Made by a program: the position numbers and the translations under genes
Assembly: GCA_963833225.1 (NCBI GenBank)
Contig: CAWHXD010000019.1
Span: 307,534-371,533, forward strand
Reading direction: 5' to 3'
Source of the DNA: an uncultured Chloroflexia bacterium
GTDB taxonomy: Bacteria > Chloroflexota > Limnocylindria > Limnocylindrales > CSP1-4
DNA length: 64,000 nt
Shown here: positions 30,319 through 39,435 of the stretch, one piece after another
Numbering within the stretch: the stretch's first letter is position 1
Layout of the letters: the number at the start of each line of letters is the position of its first letter
Notes under the pieces: model-generated
Databases searched by the model: none
The model's input: the letters and a program-made list of their open reading frames with translations, nothing else
What the model was told of the DNA's origin: nothing

Positions 30319-30374
30319 CGGGAGGGCGGCGCACCGCGCGGCGGCATTGGCCACGCGTCACGTGGGCGTCATCG

Positions 30375-31133
30375 TTGCCCTCGAGGCTTGGTGGAGCGAT
30401 GATCCTGTCCATGCCCATCCGACCCGCCGGCCCTATTCTCGTGGTCGACGATGACCCCAAGATCGTCGCGCTCGTTCGGATGTACCTCGAGCGCGAGCGG
30501 TACCCGGTGGCCACCGCGGCCGATGGGCGCGCCGCCCTGCGGGCGATCGAGGAGCTCGAGCCGCGCCTGGTGGTTCTGGACCTGATGATCCCCGAGCTCG
30601 ACGGGCTCGCGGTGATGCGCCGCGTCCGCCAGCTGGGTGACGTTCCGATCCTCGTCCTCTCGGCACGCGGCTCGGTTGGCGATCGGATCCTGGGCCTGTC
30701 CGAGGGTGCGGACGACTACCTGCCGAAGCCGTTCTCCCCGGCGGAGCTCGTGATCCGGGTCCGGGCGATCCTCCGCCGGACGGAGCGGGGCCCCGCGGAT
30801 GGCGCGGTGCTGACGCTGGCCGACCTCGAGCTGGATGCCGATCGCCACGAGGCGACGGTCGCCGGCCGGCCCGTGGCCTTGTCCACGCTGGAGCTCCGCC
30901 TGCTGGCAGCCCTCCTTGACGCCGACGGCCGGGTCCTGGGCCGCGACCGGCTCCTCGACGCCATCCATGGCGAGGGCGAGGGCGACGTCACCGACCGTGC
31001 CATCGACCAGTACGTCAAGCGGCTGCGCGAGAAGCTGGGCGACGACCCGGCAGAGCCGCGATACGTCGCGACGGTCCGTGGCGCGGGCTACCGTGCCGCG
31101 GGCCCCGTGGAACGGCGGGCGGCGGCGCGATGA
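30375..31133 (+). CDS. OmpR-family response regulator
   Basis: ORF track 252 aa. Receiver domain ILVVDDDPKIV...VLDLMIPELDG...ILVLSARG, then a winged-helix output domain (LELDADRHEATVAGRPVALSTLELRLLAAL, YVATVRGAGYR). Confidence 0.9.
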   Translation: MPSRLGGAMILSMPIRPAGPILVVDDDPKIVALVRMYLERERYPVATAADGRAALRAIEELEPRLVVLDLMIPELDGLAVMRRVRQLGDVPILVLSARGSVGDRILGLSEGADDYLPKPFSPAELVIRVRAILRRTERGPADGAVLTLADLELDADRHEATVAGRPVALSTLELRLLAALLDADGRVLGRDRLLDAIHGEGEGDVTDRAIDQYVKRLREKLGDDPAEPRYVATVRGAGYRAAGPVERRAAAR

Positions 31134-32212
31134 TCGGCGGCGACCGCATCTCCACGCGGTTCCTCCTCGCCGCCCTCGTGGTCACCGGGCTGGCCCTCGC
31201 GATCGTGGCGTTCGGCGTGCTCCGCGTGGGAGCCCAGGCGTTTGAGGCGCTGATGCTGGCGGCGGGCGAGAGCGCGGACCATGCCCACGAGATGTTCGAC
31301 GCCAGCGTGTCGGAGGTCGTCATCGTCGCGGGCGCCGTGGCGGCGGTGATGGCTCTCGTGGTCGCGCTGGTCCTTGCCCGCCGGCTGGCCCGGCCGATCG
31401 AACGTCTCGCCCAGGGCGCGGCGCGGATCGCCGACGGAGACCTCGATGCCCGGGTGCCCGAGGAGGGACCGGCCGAGCTGCGTGCGCTCGCGGCGGCCTA
31501 CAACCGGATGGCCGTGCGCCTCGCTGAGCAGGAGGCGGTCCGCCGCGAGTTCATCGTCAACGCGTCACACGAGCTGCGGACGCCGCTCACCAATCTCCAG
31601 GGCTACCTCGAGGCTCTCCGTGACGGGGTGATCCCCGCCGAGCCCGACGTGTTCGACTCGCTCCGCGAGGAGGTCGACCGGCTGACCCGGCTCGCCGCCT
31701 CGCTGGACGTGCTGGCGGCCGCGGGCGCCGGCAAGGATGGGGCGAGCCGCGGCTCGGGCGAGGTGCGGGCGCTCGATCTCGGTGCCACGGTGCGAACGGC
31801 CGTGGACCTGATCGCCCCCTCGCTGGCCCGGCGATCGATCTCCCTCCAGCTCGACGCCCCCGACGGGATCGTCGTCCGGGCGCGACAGGATGAGCTCACC
31901 CAGGTCCTCGCGAACCTCCTCCAGAACGCCGTCCGGTACACGCCCCCGGAGGGCCGGGTCCGCGTGATCGCCGACCATGATGGCGACCTCGGTCGCGTCC
32001 GCGTGGCCAACACCGGGCCGGGCATCCCGGAGGCGGACCTGTCGCGTGTCTGGGAACGCTTCTATCGCGTGGAGAAGTCACGGGACCGCGAGCGAGGTGG
32101 CGCGGGGATCGGCCTCGCGATCGTGAAGCAGCTCGTCGAGGCGGCCGGCGGCCGGGTCGGGGTGGCGTCGGAGCGCGGCTGGACCGAGTTCACGGTGCGG
32201 TTGCCGGGCTGA
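31130..32212 (+). CDS. Sensor histidine kinase (TM, HAMP, HisKA, HATPase_c)
   Basis: ORF track 360 aa. 4-nt overlap with the regulator gene. H-box FIVNASHELRTPLTNL, N-box LLQNAVRYTP, G-boxes ANTGPGI and GGAGIGLAIV. Confidence 0.9.
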   Translation: MIGGDRISTRFLLAALVVTGLALAIVAFGVLRVGAQAFEALMLAAGESADHAHEMFDASVSEVVIVAGAVAAVMALVVALVLARRLARPIERLAQGAARIADGDLDARVPEEGPAELRALAAAYNRMAVRLAEQEAVRREFIVNASHELRTPLTNLQGYLEALRDGVIPAEPDVFDSLREEVDRLTRLAASLDVLAAAGAGKDGASRGSGEVRALDLGATVRTAVDLIAPSLARRSISLQLDAPDGIVVRARQDELTQVLANLLQNAVRYTPPEGRVRVIADHDGDLGRVRVANTGPGIPEADLSRVWERFYRVEKSRDRERGGAGIGLAIVKQLVEAAGGRVGVASERGWTEFTVRLPG

Positions 32213-32310
32213 GTGACCGGCGCCGGCCGCCGGGGTTCGCCCGGCGACCGGCGCAGACCACACCCGACCGCATCGCACCTTGCCATTCCGTCTGCAAGGT
32301 TGGGCGTCGT

Positions 32311-32871
32311 ATGCTCCCCGCACCGGCAACGCCACCGGAGCCTGGCAACCCTCTGGAGGGGATCGTGCGCGAGCAGCTGGTCGCCTGGGCAGGGGACTGC
32401 GTCGTCAAGGGCTCCGTCGATCTGGGCGAGGGGCGTCTCAGCGACCAGGTCAACGAGCTCGAGGTCGTCACCTTCTTCGACGCGACCCTCCAGGCCCTCG
32501 ACGACGGCCACGAGGTCGCAGTCGGCGAGCTGGAGGTGGGACGCGGCGAGCTCCACGTCATCTCGGTCCAGGGCCGCCGCGGCGATCCCGCGCGCCGACT
32601 GCGGACGGTCGAGGAGCGGGTCACGCTTGAGCTCGGGCCGTTCGTGATCACGGGCAACCTCCACCGCCCGCCCAATACGGCGCCGCTCGCATCGCTGAGC
32701 CGCTGGCAGCGGTTCGTGCCGATGACCGACGCGCTCGTGGGGTTCAAGGACCGGGACGCCGACCTGGTGGCCCAGGAGGTGGTGCTGGTCAACCGCGACC
32801 GGGTCGCCAGCACGGTCCCGCTCGCGGTCGTTCCCGTGTTCGAGGGCGAGCCCCCGCAGCTCCAGGCCTGA
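32311..32871 (+). CDS. Hypothetical protein (186 aa)
   Basis: ORF track. Coding-like composition, followed by a strong hairpin at 32914-32940. No recognisable motif. Confidence 0.5.
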   Translation: MLPAPATPPEPGNPLEGIVREQLVAWAGDCVVKGSVDLGEGRLSDQVNELEVVTFFDATLQALDDGHEVAVGELEVGRGELHVISVQGRRGDPARRLRTVEERVTLELGPFVITGNLHRPPNTAPLASLSRWQRFVPMTDALVGFKDRDADLVAQEVVLVNRDRVASTVPLAVVPVFEGEPPQLQA

Positions 32872-32913
32872 GCCTGGTCGGGACCGATGACGGTGCCGAG
32901 ACCTGAAATGGTG

Positions 32914-32940
32914 AGGGGCGCACCCTGAGGGCGCGCCCCT
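32914..32940. terminator. Bidirectional stem-loop terminator candidate between convergent genes
   Basis: AGGGGCGCACCC-TGA-GGGCGCGCCCCT: 11 of 12 stem positions pair, with a 3-nt loop. No T-tract, which is usual for high-GC genomes. Confidence 0.55.
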
Positions 32941-32961
32941 GATTGTCGTGCGCCGCCTGGC

Positions 32962-33454
32962 TCAGAGCGGGCAGCCGAGGTTGTTGTCGTCGTCGAGCCA
33001 GCTCGCCAGCGACAGGATGGTCGTCCGGCTGCCACTCGTCAGGGCGGCGTTGACCGTGGGAAATCAACGGCGGTTCGCCGTTGAAGCCCGGGTCATTTCG
33101 ACGCCACGGGAAGAGCAGGTGGGACCCGTCCGGGCTGTCATAGGCCGCGTTGAGGAGTGATGCGATCGCGGCCCGGAGCAGGATCTGCTGGGCTCCCGCG
33201 ATGCGTGGCCCGCCGCGCAGCGCCAGGCCCTGCTCGAGTGTCAGGCTGGAGAACGCGGCCGGTGCTCCGGTGAACACGCTCCCGATCGTCTGGACGGGCG
33301 TGAACTCCTGCCAGACCTCCGTGTGGTTCTTCCAGTACCCGGGCGTGCATCCTTCGCTGTCCCCGGCGACGTTCGCGGCAACCGGGACGGCACCGGCGAC
33401 GAGTGCGACGGCGAGGGTCGCGGTGGCCAGGAGGAATCGGAACCGAACGCGCAT
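32962..33454 (-). pseudogene. Secreted hypothetical protein (signal peptide, CTPGYWKNH motif), apparent +1 frameshift near 33053-33063
   Basis: Met at 33454 with a GGGAG RBS. Signal peptide MRVRFRFLLATATLAVALVAGAVPVAANVAG. After ...FNGEPPLIS the listed frame turns Arg/Pro-rich and reads through the terminator hairpin into the convergent gene. The +1 frame gives TVNAALTSGSRTTILSLASWLDDDNNLGCPL-stop at 32962-32964, just before the hairpin. Confidence 0.5.
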
Positions 33455-33631
33455 CTTGCTGCTCCCGTGGAATCCGGTCCCCGGTTCGAACACGATGACG
33501 GGATCCCCCGCCCGCGGCCGCGTTTCGATAGGCGCAAGGTAGTGGGACCAACGGGTCATTGACAAGGTCCGATCGGACGCATCCGGTGCTCATCGGCAAC
33601 ATCGTGCATCTGACCCACGCCGGCCCACGCT

Positions 33632-33645
33632 GGATCCTAGAATCC
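33632..33645. promoter_or_regulatory. Imperfect CTAG-centred palindrome upstream of the Gfo-nagB pair (candidate GntR/HutC-type operator)
   Basis: GGATCCTAGAATCC, with 6 of 7 arm positions complementary, about 27 nt upstream of the start at 33672. Confidence 0.3.
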
Positions 33646-33671
33646 CACGACCAGCCGCAGGGAGCGCCGCC

Positions 33672-34871
33672 ATGAAGACGCACGCCATCACGATGCTCGG
33701 CACGGGCCTCATCGGGGACTTCTACACGTTGACCCTCCACGGCCAGCGTGGCCGCGACAGGGTCCGGGTCGTGTACTCCCGGAGCGAGAGCCGGGGCAAG
33801 GCGTTCCGCGAGCGCTGGGGCATCGCGGAGTCCACGACGGACATGGAGGCGGCCATCCGCCACCCCGAGACGGACGTCGTCGTGGTCGCCCTGCCCAACC
33901 ACCTCCACGAAGAGGCGGTCAAGGCCGTCGCGGCGGCCGGCAAGGCCGTGCTGTGCACCAAGCCCCTGGGACGGACCGCGGACGAGGCGAAGCGGATGCT
34001 GAAGGCAGTCGAGGCGGCGGGCGTGTTCGGCGGCTATCTCGAGGACCTGTGCTATACGCCCAAGACGCTCAAGGCCATCAAGTCTGTCCAGGACGGGGCC
34101 CTCGGCGACGTCACCTGGGTCCGGGCCCGCGAGGCCCATCCGGGGCCACACAGCGCCTGGTTCTGGGACGGCCGGCTGACCGGTGGCGGGGCCATCATCG
34201 ACCTCGGCTGCCACTGCATCGAGATCATCCGCAACTTCGTCGGCAAGGGAAACCGGCCGGTCGCCGTCATGTGCACCACGGACACGCTCGTCCACCCCAT
34301 CGACGACGAGGACAACGCCATCGCGCTGATCCGGTTCGAGTCCGGCGCCATCGGCCAGTTCGAGGTCAGCTGGACGTTCCGCGGCGGGATGGACCTTCGC
34401 GACGAGGTCGCCGGCACCAACGGCACGATCTGGCTCAACCACTTCCTGCGGACGGGCTACGAGATGTTCACGGCCGGTGGGTCGAGCGGCTACGTGGCGG
34501 AGAAGGCCGAGACCGCGGCGGGCTGGCTGTTCCCGGTCGGCGACGAGGTCTCCGAGCTGGGCTACGTGGACATGTTCACGGACATGTTCAACGCCATCGA
34601 TGGCGGCGCGGTCCCCCAGGAGACCTTCTACGACGGGTACGTGGTCAACACGGTCATGGATGCCTGCTATCGATCCGCAAGGAGTGGCGCCTGGGAGCCG
34701 GTGGAGCTCGAGTGGCGCGGCGGGACCACGCCGCGGATCACCGCCTCCGGCGAGGAGTGGGAGGGTCACACCGTGATCAAGCGGGAGGTCCTGCCGGACG
34801 GGCGCGTGAAGATGATCCTCAAGGATCGCTCGACTGGCGATTACGTCGACCGCATCATCGCCGGGGAGTGA
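33672..34871 (+). CDS. Gfo/Idh/MocA-family NAD(P)-dependent oxidoreductase
   Basis: ORF track 399 aa. Contains [13 protein letters not shown] (Rossmann), [30 protein letters not shown] (family EKP-like motif as TKP) and [13 protein letters not shown]. Confidence 0.85.
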   Translation: MKTHAITMLGTGLIGDFYTLTLHGQRGRDRVRVVYSRSESRGKAFRERWGIAESTTDMEAAIRHPETDVVVVALPNHLHEEAVKAVAAAGKAVLCTKPLGRTADEAKRMLKAVEAAGVFGGYLEDLCYTPKTLKAIKSVQDGALGDVTWVRAREAHPGPHSAWFWDGRLTGGGAIIDLGCHCIEIIRNFVGKGNRPVAVMCTTDTLVHPIDDEDNAIALIRFESGAIGQFEVSWTFRGGMDLRDEVAGTNGTIWLNHFLRTGYEMFTAGGSSGYVAEKAETAAGWLFPVGDEVSELGYVDMFTDMFNAIDGGAVPQETFYDGYVVNTVMDACYRSARSGAWEPVELEWRGGTTPRITASGEEWEGHTVIKREVLPDGRVKMILKDRSTGDYVDRIIAGE

Positions 34872-35653
34872 GCCCGTCGGAGGCGCGCGCATACGGTCTC
34901 GAGGTCCTGCCCGCGGGCGAGTGGGCCGGGACCGTTGCCGCGTGGCTCGTCGCCCGGCTCGGTGCCCGTCCCGCCCTGCGGGTCTGCCTGCCGACCGGCG
35001 ATACGCCGTCACCCGTGTATGCCGAGCTCGTCGCCGCGGAGTGGCGCGGCGAGGTGTCACTCGCCTCTGCGACGGTGCTGCTGCTCGACGAGTGGGTGGG
35101 TCTCCCGCCGGACGACCCCGCCCGGTGTGATGCCAGGCTCAGGGACGAGCTCCTGGGGCAGCTTTCCGCACCACCCCTGTTCGTGCCCATCGACGTGGAC
35201 GGTCCGGACCCCGAGGCGGCTGCTGTCGCGCACGACACGGAGCTGGCACGTGGGTTGGACCTCGCGGTGCTCGGCCTCGGCATGAACGGCCACGTCGGGT
35301 TCAACGAGCCGGGCTCCCGCCCGGATGACGCCACCCGGCTCGTGCGGCTGGCGATCTCGTCGCGAGAGGCGGCCGTGGCCCGCTATGGTGCTGGTTCCGT
35401 GCCGACGGCCGGGATCACGGTTGGTCTCGCCCGGCTGCTCGAGGCACGGGAATGCTGGCTGCTGGTCACAGGCCAACGCAAGGCCGCGATCCTGCGGCGT
35501 GCGCTCGACGAGCCGGAGGGCCCGGACTGCCCGGCGTCATACCTGCGGCGCCACCCGCGCCTCACGGTGTTCGCGGACGAGGCGGCGGCCTCGCTGCTGC
35601 GAGCCTCAGATCATGATGATCCCGCTCTCGGACGGCACGTGGCCGGCCCGTAG
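34868..35653 (+). CDS. nagB: Glucosamine-6-phosphate deaminase/isomerase family (NagB-like)
   Basis: GTG at 34868 overlaps the upstream stop (GTGA). In frame with ORF 33953..35653. Contains [19 protein letters not shown] and [16 protein letters not shown], characteristic of NagB and 6-phosphogluconolactonase-like proteins. Confidence 0.75.
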   Translation: MSPSEARAYGLEVLPAGEWAGTVAAWLVARLGARPALRVCLPTGDTPSPVYAELVAAEWRGEVSLASATVLLLDEWVGLPPDDPARCDARLRDELLGQLSAPPLFVPIDVDGPDPEAAAVAHDTELARGLDLAVLGLGMNGHVGFNEPGSRPDDATRLVRLAISSREAAVARYGAGSVPTAGITVGLARLLEARECWLLVTGQRKAAILRRALDEPEGPDCPASYLRRHPRLTVFADEAAASLLRASDHDDPALGRHVAGP

Positions 35654-36261
35654 CTGGCGGGCGATCGCGGCGCCGTCGAGCGGGAACTGGACGCGCAGTG
35701 CCTCTCGATGTGCAGCGAGCGCGGCCCGGTTGTGTGCGGAACGTCCGATGACGAGGATGACGCTGCCGGCGCCGGGATCATCGCGGCGCTTGAGCTCGAT
35801 CGCCCGCGCCTGCGCCTGGAGGTCGGCGAGCCGCACGATGCACTCCACTGACGCCGTGTGATCGCCACCGGTGATCCGGCCGTCCCAGGCCCGGAGGTCG
35901 CCGGAGTGGGGCAGGCCGACCTCGCGGGCCATTGCCAGCCCGCGGCCGAGCAGCGCGGCGAACCGACCGAGGACGGCGAGCTGGCCATCGTCGCGTAGCT
36001 GGGTACCCGACGGGTACAGCCGCAACGAGACCCGGAGCCCGACGGCTCGTGCTGCCCGGGCAAGCTGATCGAGGGTGGGACGGTCCAGGGCGGCACGCTC
36101 GATCCGGCCCAGCTGCGACGGCGACATGCCGGCTCGGCGCGCCGCGGCAGAGAGGCTCGACCCGGCGGCAACGCGTGCGTCATGGATGTCGCGAGCAGCT
36201 TCCTGGGCCAACCGCCGGGCATCGGCGGCGGCAGCATCGGTGGGACGCTCGCGAGTGCTCA
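35606..36261 (-). CDS. XRE-family helix-turn-helix regulator with ~140 aa C-terminal domain of unknown function
   Basis: Met at 36261, in frame with ORF 35606..36397. HTH segment LSAAARRAGMSPSQLGRIERAALDRPTLDQLARAARAVG. The 3' end overlaps the convergent nagB by 48 nt. Confidence 0.7.
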
Positions 36262-36315
36262 TGCGCGCATCCTCGCCGGAGGCGCTTATGCGCGGCTTAC
36301 ACGCGGCGCCCGGCG

Positions 36316-36415
36316 AGCCACTTGGCACAGCTGCCCGGTGGGCCACTTGCCGCCCGCTTGCCGTCCGGCCACGTGGCGCCGCTTGCCGCCCGGCCACTGG
36401 CGCCGCCTGCCGCCC
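36316..36415. repeat. Intergenic tandem repeat, four imperfect ~25 bp units (GCCAC(N)TGGCGCCGCTTGCCGCCCG)
   Basis: Units read: gccacttggcacagctgcccggtgg / gccacttgccgcccgcttgccgtccg / gccacgtggcgccgcttgccgcccg / gccactggcgccgcctgccgcccg. Lies 55-155 nt upstream of the XRE gene start. Confidence 0.8.
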
Positions 36416-36550
36416 GGCGGGTGAACGGGGCGGTGCTGTCTCGGCGCTGCCGCGGGGCGGTGGATTGGTGCGGTGCGCGGAGCGTCAAGCGCACGGATGG
36501 AGCGCTGGGCGGCAACGCGGTGCCGGGACCGCACCGTAGAGCCGCCGGGC

Positions 36551-36698
36551 GAGGGCACGAGGGTGGGCACGAGGGCGAGGGCACGAGGGCGGCCACGAGG
36601 GCGAGGGGCACGAGAACCGGTGTGGGACACGAGAACCGGTGAGGGGCACGAGAACCGGCGATGGCCACGAGGGCGAGGGGCACGAGAACCGGCGAGGG
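36551..36698. repeat. Intergenic array of nine CACGAG cores in two interleaved unit types (GGCACGAGGGYG ~12-15 bp; GGCACGAGAACCGGYG ~19 bp)
   Basis: Read directly: gagggcacgagggtgggcacgagggcgagggcacgagggcggccacgagggcgaggggcacgagaaccggtgtgggacacgagaaccggtgaggggcacgagaaccggcgatggccacgagggcgaggggcacgagaaccggcgaggga. Starts 30 nt beyond the ROK regulator stop. Confidence 0.85.
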
Positions 36699-36727
36699 AG
36701 CCGAGGCGCCGCCGCCGTGCCACCCAG

Positions 36728-38032
36728 CTACCCCGCGCCTGCTGTTGCGACCTCCGGCATCCCGACGGGCTCGCCGGCCCCCAGCCAGCGGGCCAGCGAT
36801 TCCCGGCTGAACAGCTGATCCACGACCATCCCAGACGCCCCGATGACCCCCGCCAGCGAACCCAGCGAGGAGCGCTGGATCTGCAGGTCCCGCGTGGCCA
36901 GGGGAAGGCCGCGCGCGTAGACCACCTCGCGGATCGCCGCGAGCAGGACGTCCCCGCTCTGGGCCACGCCACCGCCGATCACGACCAGCGAGGGGTTGAA
37001 GAAGTTCACGACGCTGGCCAGCATCAGCCCGACCCGCCGGCCCGCCGACTGGAGCAGCGCGACGGCCACCGGATCCCCGAACGACGCGGCCCTCGCGACA
37101 TCCTCGGCCGTCAGCGCGCCGCGGGCATTCAGGCCGGCGAGCAGTCGCTCGCTGCGCCCCTCGCGGGCGGCCGCCGCCGCGTCCCTGGCCAGGGCTTCGC
37201 CCCCCGCGAGGGATTCGAGACAGCCGGTGTTGCCGCAGCGGCACACGACGGTCCGGTCGTCCGAGATGTGGATGTGGCCAACGTCGCCGGCGGACCCCTG
37301 GGCCCCACGGTGGAGGTGGCCGTCGCTGATGACCCCCGCCCCGATGCCGGTGCCGATCTTCACGACGACCACGTTGGCATGGCCCGCCGCCACGCCGGAC
37401 CGCCACTCGCCAAGCGCCAGCACATTGACGTCGTTGTCCACCCAGACGGGCGCCTCATAGCGTGTCGCGAACCGCTCGCGGACCGGGTAGCCGTCCCAGC
37501 CGGGCATGATCGAGGGCGAGATCGGGCGACCGGTCCGGAACTCGACGGGTCCCGGGATGCCGATCCCGATGCCCCACAGGCGCCCCGGCAGGCGCCGCTT
37601 GGGATCCCGCAGCTCCTCGAACAGCTCGTCGACCCGGTTCAGCACCAGCTCGGGTCCCGAGGCGATATCGGCGGGCTCGCCGATGTGGGCGAGGATCCGC
37701 CCATCGAGGGTGGTGACGGCCACGTCGATGGAGGTGGCGCCGAGATCCGCCACCAGCACGTGCCCCGCATCACCGCGGAAGGCCAGCTGTCTGGGTGGCC
37801 GGCCGCCGGTGCTTGGCCCGGGATCGCCCTCCGCGATCAGCCCTCGGTCCAGCAGCTCCGCAACCCGCCCCGCGACGACCCCTCGCGACAGGCCGGTGAC
37901 ATCGACGATGTCTGCTCGCGACCGGGCCTGACCATGCCGGATGGTGTCGAGCACCGCCTCGAGGGCATCGAGGGTCTCGTCCGACGGGGGTGCTGGCTCC
38001 GGGCCCTGCCCGGTGATCGACGGGGCGTCCAC
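36728..38032 (-). CDS. ROK-family transcriptional repressor (N-terminal winged HTH + ROK sugar-kinase-like domain)
   Basis: In ORF 36728..38314. The likely GTG start is at 38032. wHTH segment RSRADIVDVTGLSRGVVAGRVAELLDRGLI, ROK segment VKIGTGIGAGVISDG and zinc motif HIHISDDRTVVCRCGNTGCLE. Confidence 0.85.
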   Translation of the reverse strand: MDAPSITGQGPEPAPPSDETLDALEAVLDTIRHGQARSRADIVDVTGLSRGVVAGRVAELLDRGLIAEGDPGPSTGGRPPRQLAFRGDAGHVLVADLGATSIDVAVTTLDGRILAHIGEPADIASGPELVLNRVDELFEELRDPKRRLPGRLWGIGIGIPGPVEFRTGRPISPSIMPGWDGYPVRERFATRYEAPVWVDNDVNVLALGEWRSGVAAGHANVVVVKIGTGIGAGVISDGHLHRGAQGSAGDVGHIHISDDRTVVCRCGNTGCLESLAGGEALARDAAAAAREGRSERLLAGLNARGALTAEDVARAASFGDPVAVALLQSAGRRVGLMLASVVNFFNPSLVVIGGGVAQSGDVLLAAIREVVYARGLPLATRDLQIQRSSLGSLAGVIGASGMVVDQLFSRESLARWLGAGEPVGMPEVATAGAG

Positions 38033-38188
38033 GCGCCGGATCCTACACCGAAGCGACCAAGGCGACAGGAGGCTTTTGCACTTGACTGGCAGAAGTACCA
38101 TAGGCCAAGCGACGAACTGTTGGCGGTCTCCTGAGCGTGTCGTCCATGCGAGAGGGGGTCCCCGGGCAGGCAGGCGCCCCACGGACCC

Positions 38189-38209
38189 AACTGGTTGTCT
38201 AGACTGATC
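38189..38209. promoter_or_regulatory. Perfect 8-bp palindrome GTCTAGAC in a dre/NagR-like context (AACTGGTTGTCTAGACTGATC), candidate GntR/HutC operator
   Basis: Located about 45 nt upstream of the Gfo gene start (38250), in the lower-GC divergent promoter region shared with the ROK repressor. About 10 of 16 positions match the remembered DasR consensus ACTGGTCTAGACCACT. Confidence 0.4.
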
Positions 38210-38249
38210 GCCGCAGGGTTCGACGCACCGGAGGAGATGGCTGAACAGC

Positions 38250-39407
38250 ATGCCGCGACGCACCGACATCGGCACCGCGGTCATCGGCAGCGGGTTCATC
38301 GGCACCGTCCACATCGAGGCGCTGCGCCGGATCGGCGTGCGCCTGGTCGGGCTGCTCGACGCCTCCGCGGACCTTGGTGCCCGACGCGCGCAGGAGCTTG
38401 GCCTGCCGAAGGCCTACGGCTCGCTCGAGGAGCTGCTCGCGGACGACGAGGTGCAGGTCGTCCACGTCACCAGCCCCAACGAGCTGCACCACGGGCAGGT
38501 CAAGGCGATCCTCGCCGCGAACCGGCACGTCGTGTGCGAGAAGCCGCTGGCCATGACCAGCAACGAGTCCGCGGAGCTCGTCTCGCTGGCCGCGGCGTCG
38601 GGCCTGGTCAACGCGGTCAACTTCAACATCCGCTGGTACCCGCTCAACCAGCATGTCGCCTCGCTGGTTCGCGAGGGCGGCCTGGGCGACGTGCGCCTGG
38701 TCACCGGTCGCTACTTCCAGGACTGGCTGCTGTTCGACACGGACTGGAACTGGCGCCTGGAGGCCGACCAGGGCGGGGCGCTGCGTGCCGTGGGTGACAT
38801 CGGCTCCCACTGGCTGGATCTCCTGGGCTTCCTGACCGGCCTCCGGGTCGAGGCGGTCATGGCGGACCTGACGACGTTCATCCCCGTCCGGCGCAAGCCG
38901 GCTGGCGAGGTGGTCACGTTCTCCACGGAGCGGGCCGCGGAGACCGTCCCGGTCGAGATCCACACCGAGGACACCGCGTCCGTCCTCCTCCGGTTCGAGG
39001 GTGGCGCCCGCGGCAGCGTCAACATCAGCCAGCTCTCGCCAGGTCGCAAGAACAGCCTTGCCTACCAGATCGACGGCTCCTCCTCCGCCGTTGCCTGGGA
39101 TTCGGAGCAACCGGACTCGCTGTGGATCGGTCACCGCGACCGGCCCAACGAGCTCCTGCTCCGGAACCCGGCGCTCATGAACGGCGCGGGAGCCGCGGCG
39201 TCGCGGCTGCCGGGCGGCCACGTGGAGGGCTTCGCCGACACGTTCGGCGCCGTGTTCACCGCGGTCTACGACGACGTCCTGGCCGGACGCCCGTCGGACG
39301 ATCCGCGCTATGCCACCTTCGCCGCCGGCCACGAGGAGATGCTGATCGGGGACGCGGTCCTGGCCAGCTCCCGGTCCGGCGCCTGGGTCGAGGTCAACCG
39401 GGACTGA
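38250..39407 (+). CDS. Gfo/Idh/MocA-family oxidoreductase
   Basis: ORF track 385 aa. Contains IGTAVIGSGFIGTVH, VHVTSPNELHHGQVKAILAANRHVVCEKPL (EKP motif) and DIGSHWLDL. Confidence 0.85.
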   Translation: MPRRTDIGTAVIGSGFIGTVHIEALRRIGVRLVGLLDASADLGARRAQELGLPKAYGSLEELLADDEVQVVHVTSPNELHHGQVKAILAANRHVVCEKPLAMTSNESAELVSLAAASGLVNAVNFNIRWYPLNQHVASLVREGGLGDVRLVTGRYFQDWLLFDTDWNWRLEADQGGALRAVGDIGSHWLDLLGFLTGLRVEAVMADLTTFIPVRRKPAGEVVTFSTERAAETVPVEIHTEDTASVLLRFEGGARGSVNISQLSPGRKNSLAYQIDGSSSAVAWDSEQPDSLWIGHRDRPNELLLRNPALMNGAGAAASRLPGGHVEGFADTFGAVFTAVYDDVLAGRPSDDPRYATFAAGHEEMLIGDAVLASSRSGAWVEVNRD

Positions 39408-39435
39408 TGCCCCGATACGCAGAGGAGCAGCCGCG

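Noticed and set aside
33470-33500. GGTTCGAA string suggestive of a tRNA T-loop
   Set aside because: The flanking sequence cannot be folded into acceptor and anticodon arms. The site lies in the 5' leader and promoter region of the secreted-protein gene.
36380-36400. GCCACTG string resembling the cobalamin-riboswitch B12 box
   Set aside because: It is just one variant of the ~25-bp tandem unit (GCCACTTG/GCCACGTG/GCCACTGG). It is not upstream of a B12-related gene, and I could not see the other conserved riboswitch elements.
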